Origin: an uncultured archaeon
GTDB lineage: Archaea; Asgardarchaeota; Lokiarchaeia; Sigyniarchaeales; SOKP01
DNA: 63,272 nt
Direction: 5' to 3'
Assembly: GCA_964583985.1 (NCBI GenBank)
Contig: CAZOYD010000006.1
Span: 23,858-87,129, forward strand
Under the pieces are notes generated by a model. It worked only from the letters and a program-made list of their open reading frames with translations, had not been told where the DNA came from and ran no database searches. Of the stretch, positions 19,780 through 29,917 are shown piece after piece; position 1 is the stretch's first letter, and each line of letters starts with the position of its first letter. The translations under genes and the position numbers were made by a program.

Positions 19780-21279
19780 ATGGTCCTTGAAAAGTTAGAA
19801 CCAAAAATAGTTTGGTACATTTTTGAACACGTGATATCTTCTACCCCTCGACCTTCTAAGCATGAAGATAAGATTCGTGAGAAAATTAAATCTTGGTTGA
19901 TTGAACAAGATAAATTAAAATCCCTCAATCTAATAATAACTCAAGATGACGTGGGAAATATCTTAATCAAAAAGCCTCCAACGAAAGGAATGGAAGACAT
20001 GCCCTCTCTATTACTTCAAGCCCACATGGATATGGTTTGTGAAACGGATAAAATTGAAGGATTTGATTTCTTAACACAAGGGATCCCGATTCGTATTCAG
20101 GATAATGCTGAATGGGTTGATGCAGATGGAACAACTTTAGGAGCTGATAATGGCATTGGAGTAGCATTAGCGCTAGCTGCCTTAGTCGATCAATCCATAA
20201 AAGCCCACGGTCCCATTGAAGTCTTGCTTACCGTTAATGAGGAAGATGGTTTCGATGGGGCAACTTTATTAGATCCTGAAGCTTTAAAGATACAAAGTAA
20301 TTTGATGGTCAATCTCGATGGGGGACCCTTAGAAGATATAGTAGTCGGTTCTGTGGGTGGAAGGAGAATAAGATTCTCAAAGAAATTCGAATGGGTTGAC
20401 TATAATGAAACTGATAAATTAGACTTTTATGAAATTTCAGTACACGGATTATTAAGCGGGCATTCAGGAGAAGATATACACTTACCACGAGCTAATGCCA
20501 ATAAAATAGTTAGTAGGATCATGTCAAATATTTCACAGGAAATGAAAGTCTTCGTAAGTAAGTGGCAAGGTGGATCAAAATCTAATGTAATCCCAGCTAA
20601 ATCTTCAATAATCGTAGGTATACCTTTAAAAAATAGCCAAAACTTTAAGAAATTGCTTAATGAGGAAATCTCAACCATTTTCCACTACTACGAGAAAATA
20701 GAACCAAACCTGAAGATAGAATACAAAAAAACTGTTCCAAGCAAGTATTTATCAGAGAGGGAATCTAAATTATTAATTTCGACTGTTAATATCATCCCGC
20801 ATGGAGTTTTAAAAAAATCAATTATTTATGATAAATTCATAGAGACTTCTAATAATCTTGCAATCATTGATACCGATAAAGATTCAGAAATTATATGGCT
20901 TTATCCAAGAAGCTTAATCCGAAGCGAATTAGATTCATTTTGTATATCTATGAAACAACTAGGAGAAATTGGAGGTTGGAGGGTGTTTCTAAGACCAACA
21001 TTACCCGAATGGCTCCCAGATTTGGAATCTAACTTTTTAAAATATGTAAAGGCGGAATATGAAGATATATTAAAAAAGAAGGTAGAAACCACAGTAGTAC
21101 ATGGCGGTTTAGAAACAGGAATGATTAAGACGAGGTTAAGAGAGCTCCAGATGGTTTCATTCGGTCCAACCATAGAAGCTTTACATTCTCCACGCGAAAA
21201 GCTAAAAATTGCTGATGTGGGAGTAATATATGCATTGATTATGAAATTAATTGAGAATATTTCAAAATTAAATTCATAA
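19780..21279 (+). CDS. pepD: aminoacyl-histidine dipeptidase (M20C)
   Basis: LQAHMDMV, GTTLGADNGIG, NEEDG, GHSG.DIH, HGGLE.G, HSPRE. Confidence 0.9.
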   Translation: MVLEKLEPKIVWYIFEHVISSTPRPSKHEDKIREKIKSWLIEQDKLKSLNLIITQDDVGNILIKKPPTKGMEDMPSLLLQAHMDMVCETDKIEGFDFLTQGIPIRIQDNAEWVDADGTTLGADNGIGVALALAALVDQSIKAHGPIEVLLTVNEEDGFDGATLLDPEALKIQSNLMVNLDGGPLEDIVVGSVGGRRIRFSKKFEWVDYNETDKLDFYEISVHGLLSGHSGEDIHLPRANANKIVSRIMSNISQEMKVFVSKWQGGSKSNVIPAKSSIIVGIPLKNSQNFKKLLNEEISTIFHYYEKIEPNLKIEYKKTVPSKYLSERESKLLISTVNIIPHGVLKKSIIYDKFIETSNNLAIIDTDKDSEIIWLYPRSLIRSELDSFCISMKQLGEIGGWRVFLRPTLPEWLPDLESNFLKYVKAEYEDILKKKVETTVVHGGLETGMIKTRLRELQMVSFGPTIEALHSPREKLKIADVGVIYALIMKLIENISKLNS

Positions 21280-21444
21280 CTCTCAATATTCATCAGCATT
21301 ATTAGACTTTTAAAGAATAAGGATTCTATTTTTTGAGGATCTTCGCTCTACAATAACCTATTTATTTGATATTGAACTGATTTGGATGAAAGATACAAAA
21401 TATAAAAATACAAATATGAATATAATTTTTTTTAGCTGATCCTA

Positions 21445-23043
21445 ATGAAAATACCAAAATTAGATTATTTATGGCAATACGTTAAATATTGGGCCAAAGA
21501 AGATCCAGATTTTCCGTTAATCAGATTTAAATGGAAAAAATATAATGCTCAAGAGTTTGCTGATACAATTGATCATTTAGCAAAAGCTTTTTTAAGTTTA
21601 GGAGTTAATAAAGGAGATACAATCGTCACGATTTTACCCATGATAATGGAATATGCCTTAATTTATTTAGCTGCAAATTCTATTGGTGCTATATGTGTTC
21701 CCATGGATATTCGTTTCAGGCGTGCAGATTATCAGAGATTTATTTCACATGTTGATCCAAAAATAGTTGTTCTAATCGGTAAAGCAAGGGGGTATGATAT
21801 TGCAAATACTATTCAAGATCTTCAAACCGAATTTACTCCTGAAACTAAATATTATATGATCGGAAAAGATGAATTTGGATCACCATTTGAAAGTCTATTA
21901 GAAAAAGATTATACTTTTGATGAAGTGTTAAAAAGAAGAAGGTCTGAATTGGATCCTGATGAAGGAGCTCTGATTATTTTTACTGGAGGAACGACGGGTG
22001 TTCCAAAAGCTGCTTTATTAACTCACAGAAATATCGCTCATGCGAGTTATTTAGAAGCAAGTTACATTCAAGAAAAAGGTGAACCATTCGGTCTAAAACC
22101 AAGATTTAAAATGATTAATAACTTTCCTCCCAGTCATGTGGGTGGTTCAGTTGAAATTATGGGGACTATTATCGTTGCTGGATGTGAAATTATCTTACAA
22201 GAACAGTGGAACCCTTACAATATATTAAGAGCAACGAAAAAATGGAGATTACAGTTAATTGGGGGCGTTCCAACTATGTATGCAATTACCTTGACTCTAC
22301 CTGACTTAGATAGTTTTAATCTTTCTTCTTTAGTGTTAGCCATAGTAAGTGGGGAAAAAGTAAGCATGGAATTATTAACAGGTATGAGAGACAAAATCTG
22401 TCCTAATATTCTCAATGCTTATGGAAGTACTGAATCTGGACCAGAAGTCACCTTTACGGATATTGGAGATCCATTAGAAGAATTAGCGAACGGGTATATC
22501 GGGAAATTGCTTCCCCAACAAGAAATAAAAATTGTTGATGAAAATGAAGTAGAATTACCTCTCGGAGAAACAGGAGAAATGTTATTTAAAGGAACCTTGA
22601 CAATACCGGGATATTATCACATGCTTGAAGAGAATGAAGCAACATTTACTAAGGATGGTTGGTGTAGATCAGGTGATTTGGGTTATATAACTAAAGATGG
22701 GAGGATATATATTAAAGGAAGGAAAAAATTCATTATTCGTGTGGGAAGTTATACAGTTTTGCCTTCTGAAGTAGAAAGCGTTGTTCTAGAACATTCTAAA
22801 GTTGCGATGGCAGCAGCCGTAGGAGTACCAGATAAAATTTACAATGAAGTTGTCTGGTTAGCAATTGTTCCTGAATCTGGAGAAAATGTGGATGAACAAG
22901 ATATAATTGCTTTTTGTAAAATGCAATTAGCAGATTTCAAAGTGCCTAAAAAAGTCATAATAAAGAAGGAAATTCCGATTACACGGCTTGGGAAAGTAGA
23001 CAGACCAACTTTACTAAAAAACCTAATGGATTCTGTTAAATGA
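21445..23043 (+). CDS. acyl-CoA synthetase (AMP-binding)
   Basis: FTGGTTGVPK, AYGSTE, SGDLG, GRKK, ADFKVPK. Confidence 0.92.
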   Translation: MKIPKLDYLWQYVKYWAKEDPDFPLIRFKWKKYNAQEFADTIDHLAKAFLSLGVNKGDTIVTILPMIMEYALIYLAANSIGAICVPMDIRFRRADYQRFISHVDPKIVVLIGKARGYDIANTIQDLQTEFTPETKYYMIGKDEFGSPFESLLEKDYTFDEVLKRRRSELDPDEGALIIFTGGTTGVPKAALLTHRNIAHASYLEASYIQEKGEPFGLKPRFKMINNFPPSHVGGSVEIMGTIIVAGCEIILQEQWNPYNILRATKKWRLQLIGGVPTMYAITLTLPDLDSFNLSSLVLAIVSGEKVSMELLTGMRDKICPNILNAYGSTESGPEVTFTDIGDPLEELANGYIGKLLPQQEIKIVDENEVELPLGETGEMLFKGTLTIPGYYHMLEENEATFTKDGWCRSGDLGYITKDGRIYIKGRKKFIIRVGSYTVLPSEVESVVLEHSKVAMAAAVGVPDKIYNEVVWLAIVPESGENVDEQDIIAFCKMQLADFKVPKKVIIKKEIPITRLGKVDRPTLLKNLMDSVK

Positions 23044-23073
23044 TGATATCTCTTTTTATTTTATCCAAATTTT

Positions 23074-24363
23074 TTAGCTATCTTCTAATCGTATTACATT
23101 TTCCAAATAGGTTTTCGCTTGCTCCTTTTTAGCATCAGTTAACTTACAGTCTGTGATGTTCCAAAAGCGGTATTCATGATTCATATAAGCAGGACATTCT
23201 TTACGGATTTCCTCCGGGCAATCTACAATCTGCCAACATTGGAAAATTTCTTGTTCATAATATGTATGAAATTTTTTTGGCAGTTTTTTGTAATCAAAAT
23301 TAGTTTCGCGTAGAAATGAATCCAAATCGTTCGAATTGTACGTATTCCAGAACAACACGTTTTTCGATTTATTTTCCTTTTTTGCAAGAAAATCTAGCAT
23401 AGCAGCTGCGGTTTTTCCCGTATACGTTGTTTCTAATTTAAACCCTCGCTTTTTACCTTCTAATTTCTCAATTAAATCGACCGCATTCTGGCTCCTAATT
23501 GTTTTAATTCCATATTCAGAACCAAGATATCCCTTTATCATCGTAAAATCTTCCTCAGTTACTATGATATCAGGAATTGACTTATCTCTTTTTCTGAGAT
23601 ATTTAATCGCTTTATTTGCTATGTTTATTAAGGCTTTAGGACTAACAACAATATCTCGTGAAACGTTGACAAACATTATTTTTGTCTTCAGACCTAAAAG
23701 TTTGCAACCTGCTGTCAAACCTGCTGATGTTCCCGTGGATCCTGCCGCAACAAAAATCACGTCTGGTTCAGGCAAGATTTTTTGATCTATTTGTTTCTTG
23801 AGTTCACACATGGCATTTATGAATCCAATAGATCCCAAGGGTGATCCAATACCAAGCAAAGGGGAGCCGCCTATTGACATGAGATAATATTTTGGATGAA
23901 AAAATCTGTAGAGAAGGCTTTTAAGTATCCCCAATTCAAAAATTTTTGTGAAATGCAATTTTGCGCCAAAATAATCGTATAATAACAAAGATCGCTGCAC
24001 ATGCCAAGTAAGTGGTTGTAAGGACAAAAATAGGTGACACTTTAACCCAAATTGTTTAGCGATAATTGCACAAGCTATACCATGATTGGTTCCAATACCA
24101 CCAAGCGTGATGACGCCTTTCTTCTTTTTCTTTACTATTTCTCCAAAGATGAATTCAAACTTTCTCAGTTTATTACCACCATAAATCTCATGATCTTTAT
24201 CATCTCGCTTGATGTAGATTTTACCATCGTTTAATTTCAAGAATTTTTCTAATTCTGTCAACTCATTAACATCAGAAGGTATTTTCGTTAATATTGGCGT
24301 CCAAGGAACTTTTCCTTTCAAATTAGGATAAAATTCAAATAGCATCGGTCTAGAGTTTTCCAT
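23074..24363 (-). CDS. PLP enzyme, D-cysteine desulfhydrase/ACC deaminase family, with a Cys/Trp C-terminal extension
   Basis: IKRDD...YGGNKLRKFEF, GSTGTSAG, ETTYTGK. Confidence 0.9.
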   Translation of the reverse strand: MENSRPMLFEFYPNLKGKVPWTPILTKIPSDVNELTELEKFLKLNDGKIYIKRDDKDHEIYGGNKLRKFEFIFGEIVKKKKKGVITLGGIGTNHGIACAIIAKQFGLKCHLFLSLQPLTWHVQRSLLLYDYFGAKLHFTKIFELGILKSLLYRFFHPKYYLMSIGGSPLLGIGSPLGSIGFINAMCELKKQIDQKILPEPDVIFVAAGSTGTSAGLTAGCKLLGLKTKIMFVNVSRDIVVSPKALINIANKAIKYLRKRDKSIPDIIVTEEDFTMIKGYLGSEYGIKTIRSQNAVDLIEKLEGKKRGFKLETTYTGKTAAAMLDFLAKKENKSKNVLFWNTYNSNDLDSFLRETNFDYKKLPKKFHTYYEQEIFQCWQIVDCPEEIRKECPAYMNHEYRFWNITDCKLTDAKKEQAKTYLENVIRLEDS

Positions 24364-24514
24364 AAAAAGGTAAATTCATAATAATAAAAAAAGATTATAA
24401 GAATATAGAATACTTTGACAAAAATATCAAATAATCAACGACGTCTAAAATTAAAACATTAATTTTTATTAATTTTGAAATGTGATTTAAAACAATTAAC
24501 AAATAAATTATAAA

Positions 24515-25726
24515 ATGGTATCAAGAATGGATTTCAATATAGGAGATTATTCATTGTTAGACGACTCCGGTCCAGAAAAGATTATCGCGATAAACAACCC
24601 CTCAGTGGGTTTAAATGGTGTCTTAGTCATAGACAATGCGGTTTATGGAATACCTGCTGGAGGAATAAGATTGGCTCCAGATATCACCGTCGATGAGATG
24701 ATAAGGCTTTCACGGGCAATGTCTTTAAAATTTTGCGCTTACCGATTGAAAATAGGAGGGGCAAAAGCAGGAATTTGGGGAGATCCTTCCGATCTAGAAA
24801 AAAAAGGGATTTTATTAACGGCATTTGCAGACCAAATAGCTCCATTCATAATGCACGATGTTTATTATCCAGGTCCAGATATGGGAACCGATGACAATGA
24901 TTTGCTAAAGATGTTTAAAGTGATGGGAGTGCCTAATCTCGCTCCAAAACCCATTGGATTAAAGAAATATGGAGTCCCGGTGGAAGAACTCTTTACTGGT
25001 CAAGGTGTTGTGGATTGCTTAGAGACAATTTATACTAATCTAGATAAACTTGCAGATATAAAACAAGAAAAGCATAAAAAGCCCAAAATCATCTTGGAAG
25101 GTTTTGGAAAAGTAGGAACTGCAATTGCGGTTGCTTTGAAAAATTTGAATTTTACTCTCACAGGGGTTTCCACGCTTAAAGGAGCAATTTTTGATGAAGA
25201 TGGGTTAAAAATTGAAGATTTGCTAAGATTAAAACTCCAACATGGAGATGATTTAGTCAACCATTATGAGAGTAAAAACCTGTTGCAAATACCAAAAGAA
25301 AAATTATTTGAATTATCATCAGAATACCAAACAGACTTCATTATCCCGGGCGCTCGACCTGACGTGATAAATAAAAAAAATGTGGATAAAATAAAAGCGA
25401 TTGCTCTTGTGCCTGCCGCTAACATCCCCTATGAAAAGGGAACCACCGAAGTATTAAGAGAAAGAGGAATTATTGCATTTCCAGACTTTGTGGTAAATGC
25501 TGGCGAAATATTGGCATTACTTGTTAATAAAGTAGCTAAAAATGCCGATGAGATTTTCAGATTTGTCAAAACCAAAATCACGGAGAAAACATTTGAAGTG
25601 ATTCATGGAGCAACTCAAGATAACATAGCCCCCTATGATTTTGCTGTTAATGACGCCATGAATGAACTCAAGAAGAAACAAAAAAGGAAAAAAATTTCCT
25701 TAGAAAAATTAAACAAGCGATATTAA
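24515..25726 (+). CDS. Glu/Leu/Phe/Val dehydrogenase
   Basis: GGIR, GGAKAG, GPDMGT, GFGKVG, PDFVVNAG. Confidence 0.9.
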   Translation: MVSRMDFNIGDYSLLDDSGPEKIIAINNPSVGLNGVLVIDNAVYGIPAGGIRLAPDITVDEMIRLSRAMSLKFCAYRLKIGGAKAGIWGDPSDLEKKGILLTAFADQIAPFIMHDVYYPGPDMGTDDNDLLKMFKVMGVPNLAPKPIGLKKYGVPVEELFTGQGVVDCLETIYTNLDKLADIKQEKHKKPKIILEGFGKVGTAIAVALKNLNFTLTGVSTLKGAIFDEDGLKIEDLLRLKLQHGDDLVNHYESKNLLQIPKEKLFELSSEYQTDFIIPGARPDVINKKNVDKIKAIALVPAANIPYEKGTTEVLRERGIIAFPDFVVNAGEILALLVNKVAKNADEIFRFVKTKITEKTFEVIHGATQDNIAPYDFAVNDAMNELKKKQKRKKISLEKLNKRY

Positions 25727-25863
25727 CTCACTATTTTTTACCTTTTAGTCCAAATCCTCCCATTTCTTTGTTAAAGATTTATATAGAGTTATCGACATAG
25801 ATCAAAAAATGATATTTTTCAAAATTTTAACTAAACTAATTAGGAAATTATAACAAGTGATAT

Positions 25864-27330
25864 ATGATGGTGGAAGACAAAGAACTTAATCGGGGGCTCA
25901 ACTTGCCCATGGCGGTATTTATCATCGTTGGCATGGTGATTGGCTCCTCGATCTGGATATCACCCGCAGCCTATCTCTCGCTCACTGGACCGGCTATTTT
26001 CATCTCTTATTTAATTGCTGTCATTCCTGCAGTTTTTGTAGCATTCATTTCAGCTTACTTAGGATCAGCTTTTCCAGTAGCGGGTGGCTCTTATGTAATC
26101 ACAAGTCGAATAACGGGTGGATTTGGAGGATTTATGGTCGTGTGGTTAATAATTTTAGCCGTGGGATCGACATTAGCTTATTTAGCCGCGACATTCGGAG
26201 TTTTTTTAGCTCAAGCTTTTCTGGTTCCTGTGGAATTTGAAATGCTATTTGTTATAATAATAGGATTGATAGTGCTTACTGCTTTTTACTTGCTTAATTG
26301 GATAAAGATTGAATTAACGGGATTGGTTGAATTGATCATTACCATCTTTGGGGATATAATGGTCATGATCATATTCATCATTGCAGCAATTCCCGCATTC
26401 AATCCTTCCAATTTTGCTAATCTATTCCCATTAGGAGTAAGTCCGGTGCTCTTCGCAGCTTTAGTGTTTTTTTTCTCTTATATCGGGTTTACTTTAATTT
26501 TGGATGTGGCTGGTGAGGTTAAGAATCCGAAAAAGAACATACCTCGAGCATTACTGATAAGCTTAATCACGCTTACGGTATTATATACCTTACAAGCAGT
26601 CATGGTTGCCGGAGTACATCAATGGAACATTCCAATAGGCACAGTTGTCGAATTAATTATAACTGGTGGACTTCTTCCACAGGGTGCCGTGGTATTCGTT
26701 ACAATCCTTATTGCTCTGGCAATCGCTTCAACAATCCATCCTTCGTACATGGCATATTCTCGGGATATAATGATGAGCAGTAGAGAGCACTTGTTTCCTG
26801 CAAGATTCTCCCACGTGCATGAAAAGCACAAAACTCCCATTCCCGCGTTAACTCTCCTCTATATAGTAGGGATAATATTTCTCTTGACATTTATACCTTT
26901 ATTAACACCACTAGCAGGGTCAATCGAGGTAGCCGCAACTCTATTAAGCGCAGTTGTTGCAGTAATAGTATTAATCATTCAAATTCCATTATGTATAGGT
27001 GCTATTGGATTCAAGAAAAAGTTCCCAGAATTACATGAGAATGCTGGGTTTAGACCCTCTTCGATGAATTTAAAAATAATGGGAGTTCTTGGATCCGTCT
27101 TTTCAGCAATATTCCTTTTACTGCTTTTAGCGGATCCTGACGCGGGCTTGATAGTCTCTCTGGTAGTTTTTCCATTTGCCGGTATTGGAGCAATTATATA
27201 TGTCTTCAGGAGTAGAACCTTAAAATCTAAAGGAATCGACATTAAAGGAATGATGAAGAAAATTCCCGAATCGGTATCTCATGACGAAGGCATGCCAAGT
27301 AAAATTGAACGATTAGCTACTGAAAAATAG
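25864..27330 (+). CDS. APC-family amino acid permease
   Basis: GMVIGSSIW, PVAGGSY, GEVKNPKKNIPRA; about 12 TM segments. Confidence 0.92.
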   Translation: MMVEDKELNRGLNLPMAVFIIVGMVIGSSIWISPAAYLSLTGPAIFISYLIAVIPAVFVAFISAYLGSAFPVAGGSYVITSRITGGFGGFMVVWLIILAVGSTLAYLAATFGVFLAQAFLVPVEFEMLFVIIIGLIVLTAFYLLNWIKIELTGLVELIITIFGDIMVMIIFIIAAIPAFNPSNFANLFPLGVSPVLFAALVFFFSYIGFTLILDVAGEVKNPKKNIPRALLISLITLTVLYTLQAVMVAGVHQWNIPIGTVVELIITGGLLPQGAVVFVTILIALAIASTIHPSYMAYSRDIMMSSREHLFPARFSHVHEKHKTPIPALTLLYIVGIIFLLTFIPLLTPLAGSIEVAATLLSAVVAVIVLIIQIPLCIGAIGFKKKFPELHENAGFRPSSMNLKIMGVLGSVFSAIFLLLLLADPDAGLIVSLVVFPFAGIGAIIYVFRSRTLKSKGIDIKGMMKKIPESVSHDEGMPSKIERLATEK

Positions 27331-27366
27331 GTATAATTACAATTTTTTTCTTTTTTTATGGTCTAT

Positions 27367-28260
27367 TCAACCTAACACGTATCCATCATTTTCTTTTTCA
27401 ATTAATCCTTGTGATAGAAATTTGTCAATGTGTTTTCTGATCATGAGTAGTTCCGCGATGATTTCAAATTCCTCATAATAATATTTGCTATAAATCAAGT
27501 TTTTCTTCTTTAAGGTTTCAATTCTTATCGGGGTATTTTCATTAAAGCAAGCCAAAATGCGCTCATCTCTTTGAAATAATATGGTCTTGTATTTTCTAAG
27601 TTCGTCTTTTATTGCTTGCTTTCCCATAATTGGTCCCTTATGACCTGTAACAACAATATCAAATTCTATGTTCAGCATTCTTTCTATTGAATTTTCAAAT
27701 TCAGCGAGATCCGCATCTATATTTCCATAATAGGGCAGTTTAGAAAGATCGATATCTCCAAAAAATCCTATCTTTAAATGCGGTTCATAAAAAGCGCAAT
27801 GTCCCGCGGTGTGCCCCGGAGTAAATAGCACTTGTAAATGAATATCATCATCAATCTGAAAAATATCTCCTTCGTCAATGGTTTTATCAATTACGGTATT
27901 TTGAACTTTCAAATATATGAATAATTTCTTTAGATCTTCTCCAACTGGGATGCCATCCGTCATGTAGTAGGGAATCATTTTTGAAACATCCTCTATGATG
28001 GGCTTATCCTTCACATGAGAATAAAATTCCGCATTTGGGAGCAAATAATTGCCATGAAGATGATCTTCGTGCCAATGGCTTAAGATTACGTGATTAATCT
28101 CGTGAGTTTTCTTCACTTTTCTTAAAACCTTCCCAGACACTCCAGTATCAATGAGATGATCTCCGAGTAAAAGTGAGTTTGAATTAGGATAACGTGCATT
28201 ATTATCACCTTTAATGAAATAAATAGAATCATCTGTTAAAGACTGAATGTAATCATTCAA
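27367..28260 (-). CDS. metallo-beta-lactamase-fold hydrolase
   Basis: SHWHEDH, TPGHTAGH, GD, TGH. Confidence 0.9.
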   Translation of the reverse strand: MNDYIQSLTDDSIYFIKGDNNARYPNSNSLLLGDHLIDTGVSGKVLRKVKKTHEINHVILSHWHEDHLHGNYLLPNAEFYSHVKDKPIIEDVSKMIPYYMTDGIPVGEDLKKLFIYLKVQNTVIDKTIDEGDIFQIDDDIHLQVLFTPGHTAGHCAFYEPHLKIGFFGDIDLSKLPYYGNIDADLAEFENSIERMLNIEFDIVVTGHKGPIMGKQAIKDELRKYKTILFQRDERILACFNENTPIRIETLKKKNLIYSKYYYEEFEIIAELLMIRKHIDKFLSQGLIEKENDGYVLG

Positions 28261-28520
28261 CTAAAATAAACCTCAAATGAATTTGAGAAAAGAAAGTTGA
28301 GAAAAATCTTAAACTTTTTGGTTCTCTATCCCCCTAAAAAGTCATGATAAAACAATAATATTTGAAAATTAAGGGGAAGTATCTTATAATGTGACTTTTT
28401 TTTTTTTACAAAACTCTCAAAGAAGACAAAATTTATTACATTTGGATTACTTTCTTATATAGTTTTAATTTTTTAAAAAAGTACAAGTAATACCAGTCTT
28501 TTTTTCTAAATTTGGACTTA

Positions 28521-28545
28521 GGCTCAATCAAATTAAGTTTGAGCC
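28521..28545 (+). promoter_or_regulatory. stem-loop upstream of the cold-shock gene
   Basis: GGCTCAA-N11-TTGAGCC ending about 36 nt before the GTG start. Confidence 0.35.
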
Positions 28546-28581
28546 AAATAAAAAGCAATAATAAATAGAAGTGTTAGAAAA

Positions 28582-28857
28582 GTGGTTAAAGGCACAGTTA
28601 AATGGTTTAACTCCCGTAAGGGCTTTGGGTTCATTAACTCAGAAGAAGGAAGTGACGTATTTGTTCATTACACCGCCTTAGCGGGTGATGATAATGAATA
28701 CAAGACGCTCCACGAAAACGATAAAGTTGAATTTGATGTATCCGAAGGCCAGAAAGGTCCCCAAGCTTCAAATGTAGTCGTGACCGAGAAAGCTCCTCAA
28801 CAATTTGGTTCTTATAACCGAGGCGGTGGAGGAGGCGGTCGTGGTTTCCGTTATTAA
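28582..28857 (+). CDS. cold-shock domain protein with Gly/Arg-rich tail
   Basis: [28 protein letters not shown]; tail [13 protein letters not shown]. Confidence 0.95.
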   Translation: MVKGTVKWFNSRKGFGFINSEEGSDVFVHYTALAGDDNEYKTLHENDKVEFDVSEGQKGPQASNVVVTEKAPQQFGSYNRGGGGGGRGFRY

Positions 28858-29009
28858 GTAAATAAACAAGTTAATAGATAGAAATAATTAGTGAAAAACA
28901 GTTTTTACGATTATTATCGAATCTTCTTTTTTTTTAATTTATTCTGTTAGTGTTGAATTCAATTTAGGTTCTTTTAAAGAGCACATCTAAGGATACGAGT
29001 AATTTAAAG

Positions 29010-29372
29010 GTGATAGTATTATTTTCAGCAGTTGCAGGATTTAATAAGAGCATCGGTGGAAGTGGATATGGACCAGTTGTCATGATGGGTCAATTACTTT
29101 CGGGTGTATATGAGAAAAGTGCTATAGCAATAGTCTCTCTTGCAGAGTCGATTGTTTCATTTATAGGTATCCTTACTTTTATATTTATTAGTGCTATAGG
29201 GGTTGAGATAGACTTAATTCTCTTGCCTTCCATATTTACAGGAGGGTTTATCGCTGCGATATTAGTTCCATACCTAACAAGAGTATTTCCCAATGAGATT
29301 TGGAGATATATCATCCCAATCTATGCAATTGGGATTGATATTTATTTGATTTTTCAATTATTCTTCTTTTAA
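29010..29372 (+). pseudogene. 5'-truncated TauE/SafE (TSUP) family transporter
   Basis: AGFNKSIGGSGYGPVV...SAIAIVSLAE resembles the second TSUP repeat; only 120 aa, and the upstream frame is not open. Confidence 0.6.
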
Positions 29373-29555
29373 ACTTCTACCCGATCGTTAATCAAAATTA
29401 TCATTTCTTTTAATTCGCTTCCCGTTATTGACTTGAGGATGTCCTTAAGAAATTTTAATCTCATTCCAATTGGGTTTAAATATCAAAAATCCCACCTTAA
29501 ATCTAAAAAGACTCTAAAAACAAGTTCTATGAGCATTAAAATCTGAAGTGATAAT

Positions 29556-29852
29556 ATGAGAGAAGAAGATTTAATGAGGTTATTAGCGGGAATTGGGGGA
29601 GTAATCACATTAATTGAGACTCTTACAGGATTTAATGTCAGTCACTTTGATACATCCAAAGCAATGGTTATAGTAATTTCAATTGTTTTAGCCATAATTG
29701 TAATGCTAAGTGTTACCAGACCGGGTAATCCGGTACCCATGAATTGGTTATTATATTTAGGATTAGGGATAATCATTATAATCTTTAGTAGCTTACCGGG
29801 AGGTATTCTAATCTTAATCGCGGGACTTATTGGTTATACTATCATGAATTAA
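29556..29852 (+). CDS. small membrane protein
   Basis: 3-4 hydrophobic helices; AAGTGA SD. Confidence 0.7.
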   Translation: MREEDLMRLLAGIGGVITLIETLTGFNVSHFDTSKAMVIVISIVLAIIVMLSVTRPGNPVPMNWLLYLGLGIIIIIFSSLPGGILILIAGLIGYTIMN

Positions 29853-29917
29853 TGATTTGAATTTAGTGGTATTAAATTTCTGACAATTAAAAAAAGATAA
29901 GAGTTTCTTTACATTAA

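Noticed and set aside
29370-29465. 31-aa minus-strand ORF MRLKFLKDILKSITGSELKEMIILINDRVEV
   Set aside because: Too short, no recognisable family; possibly a relic but unsupported
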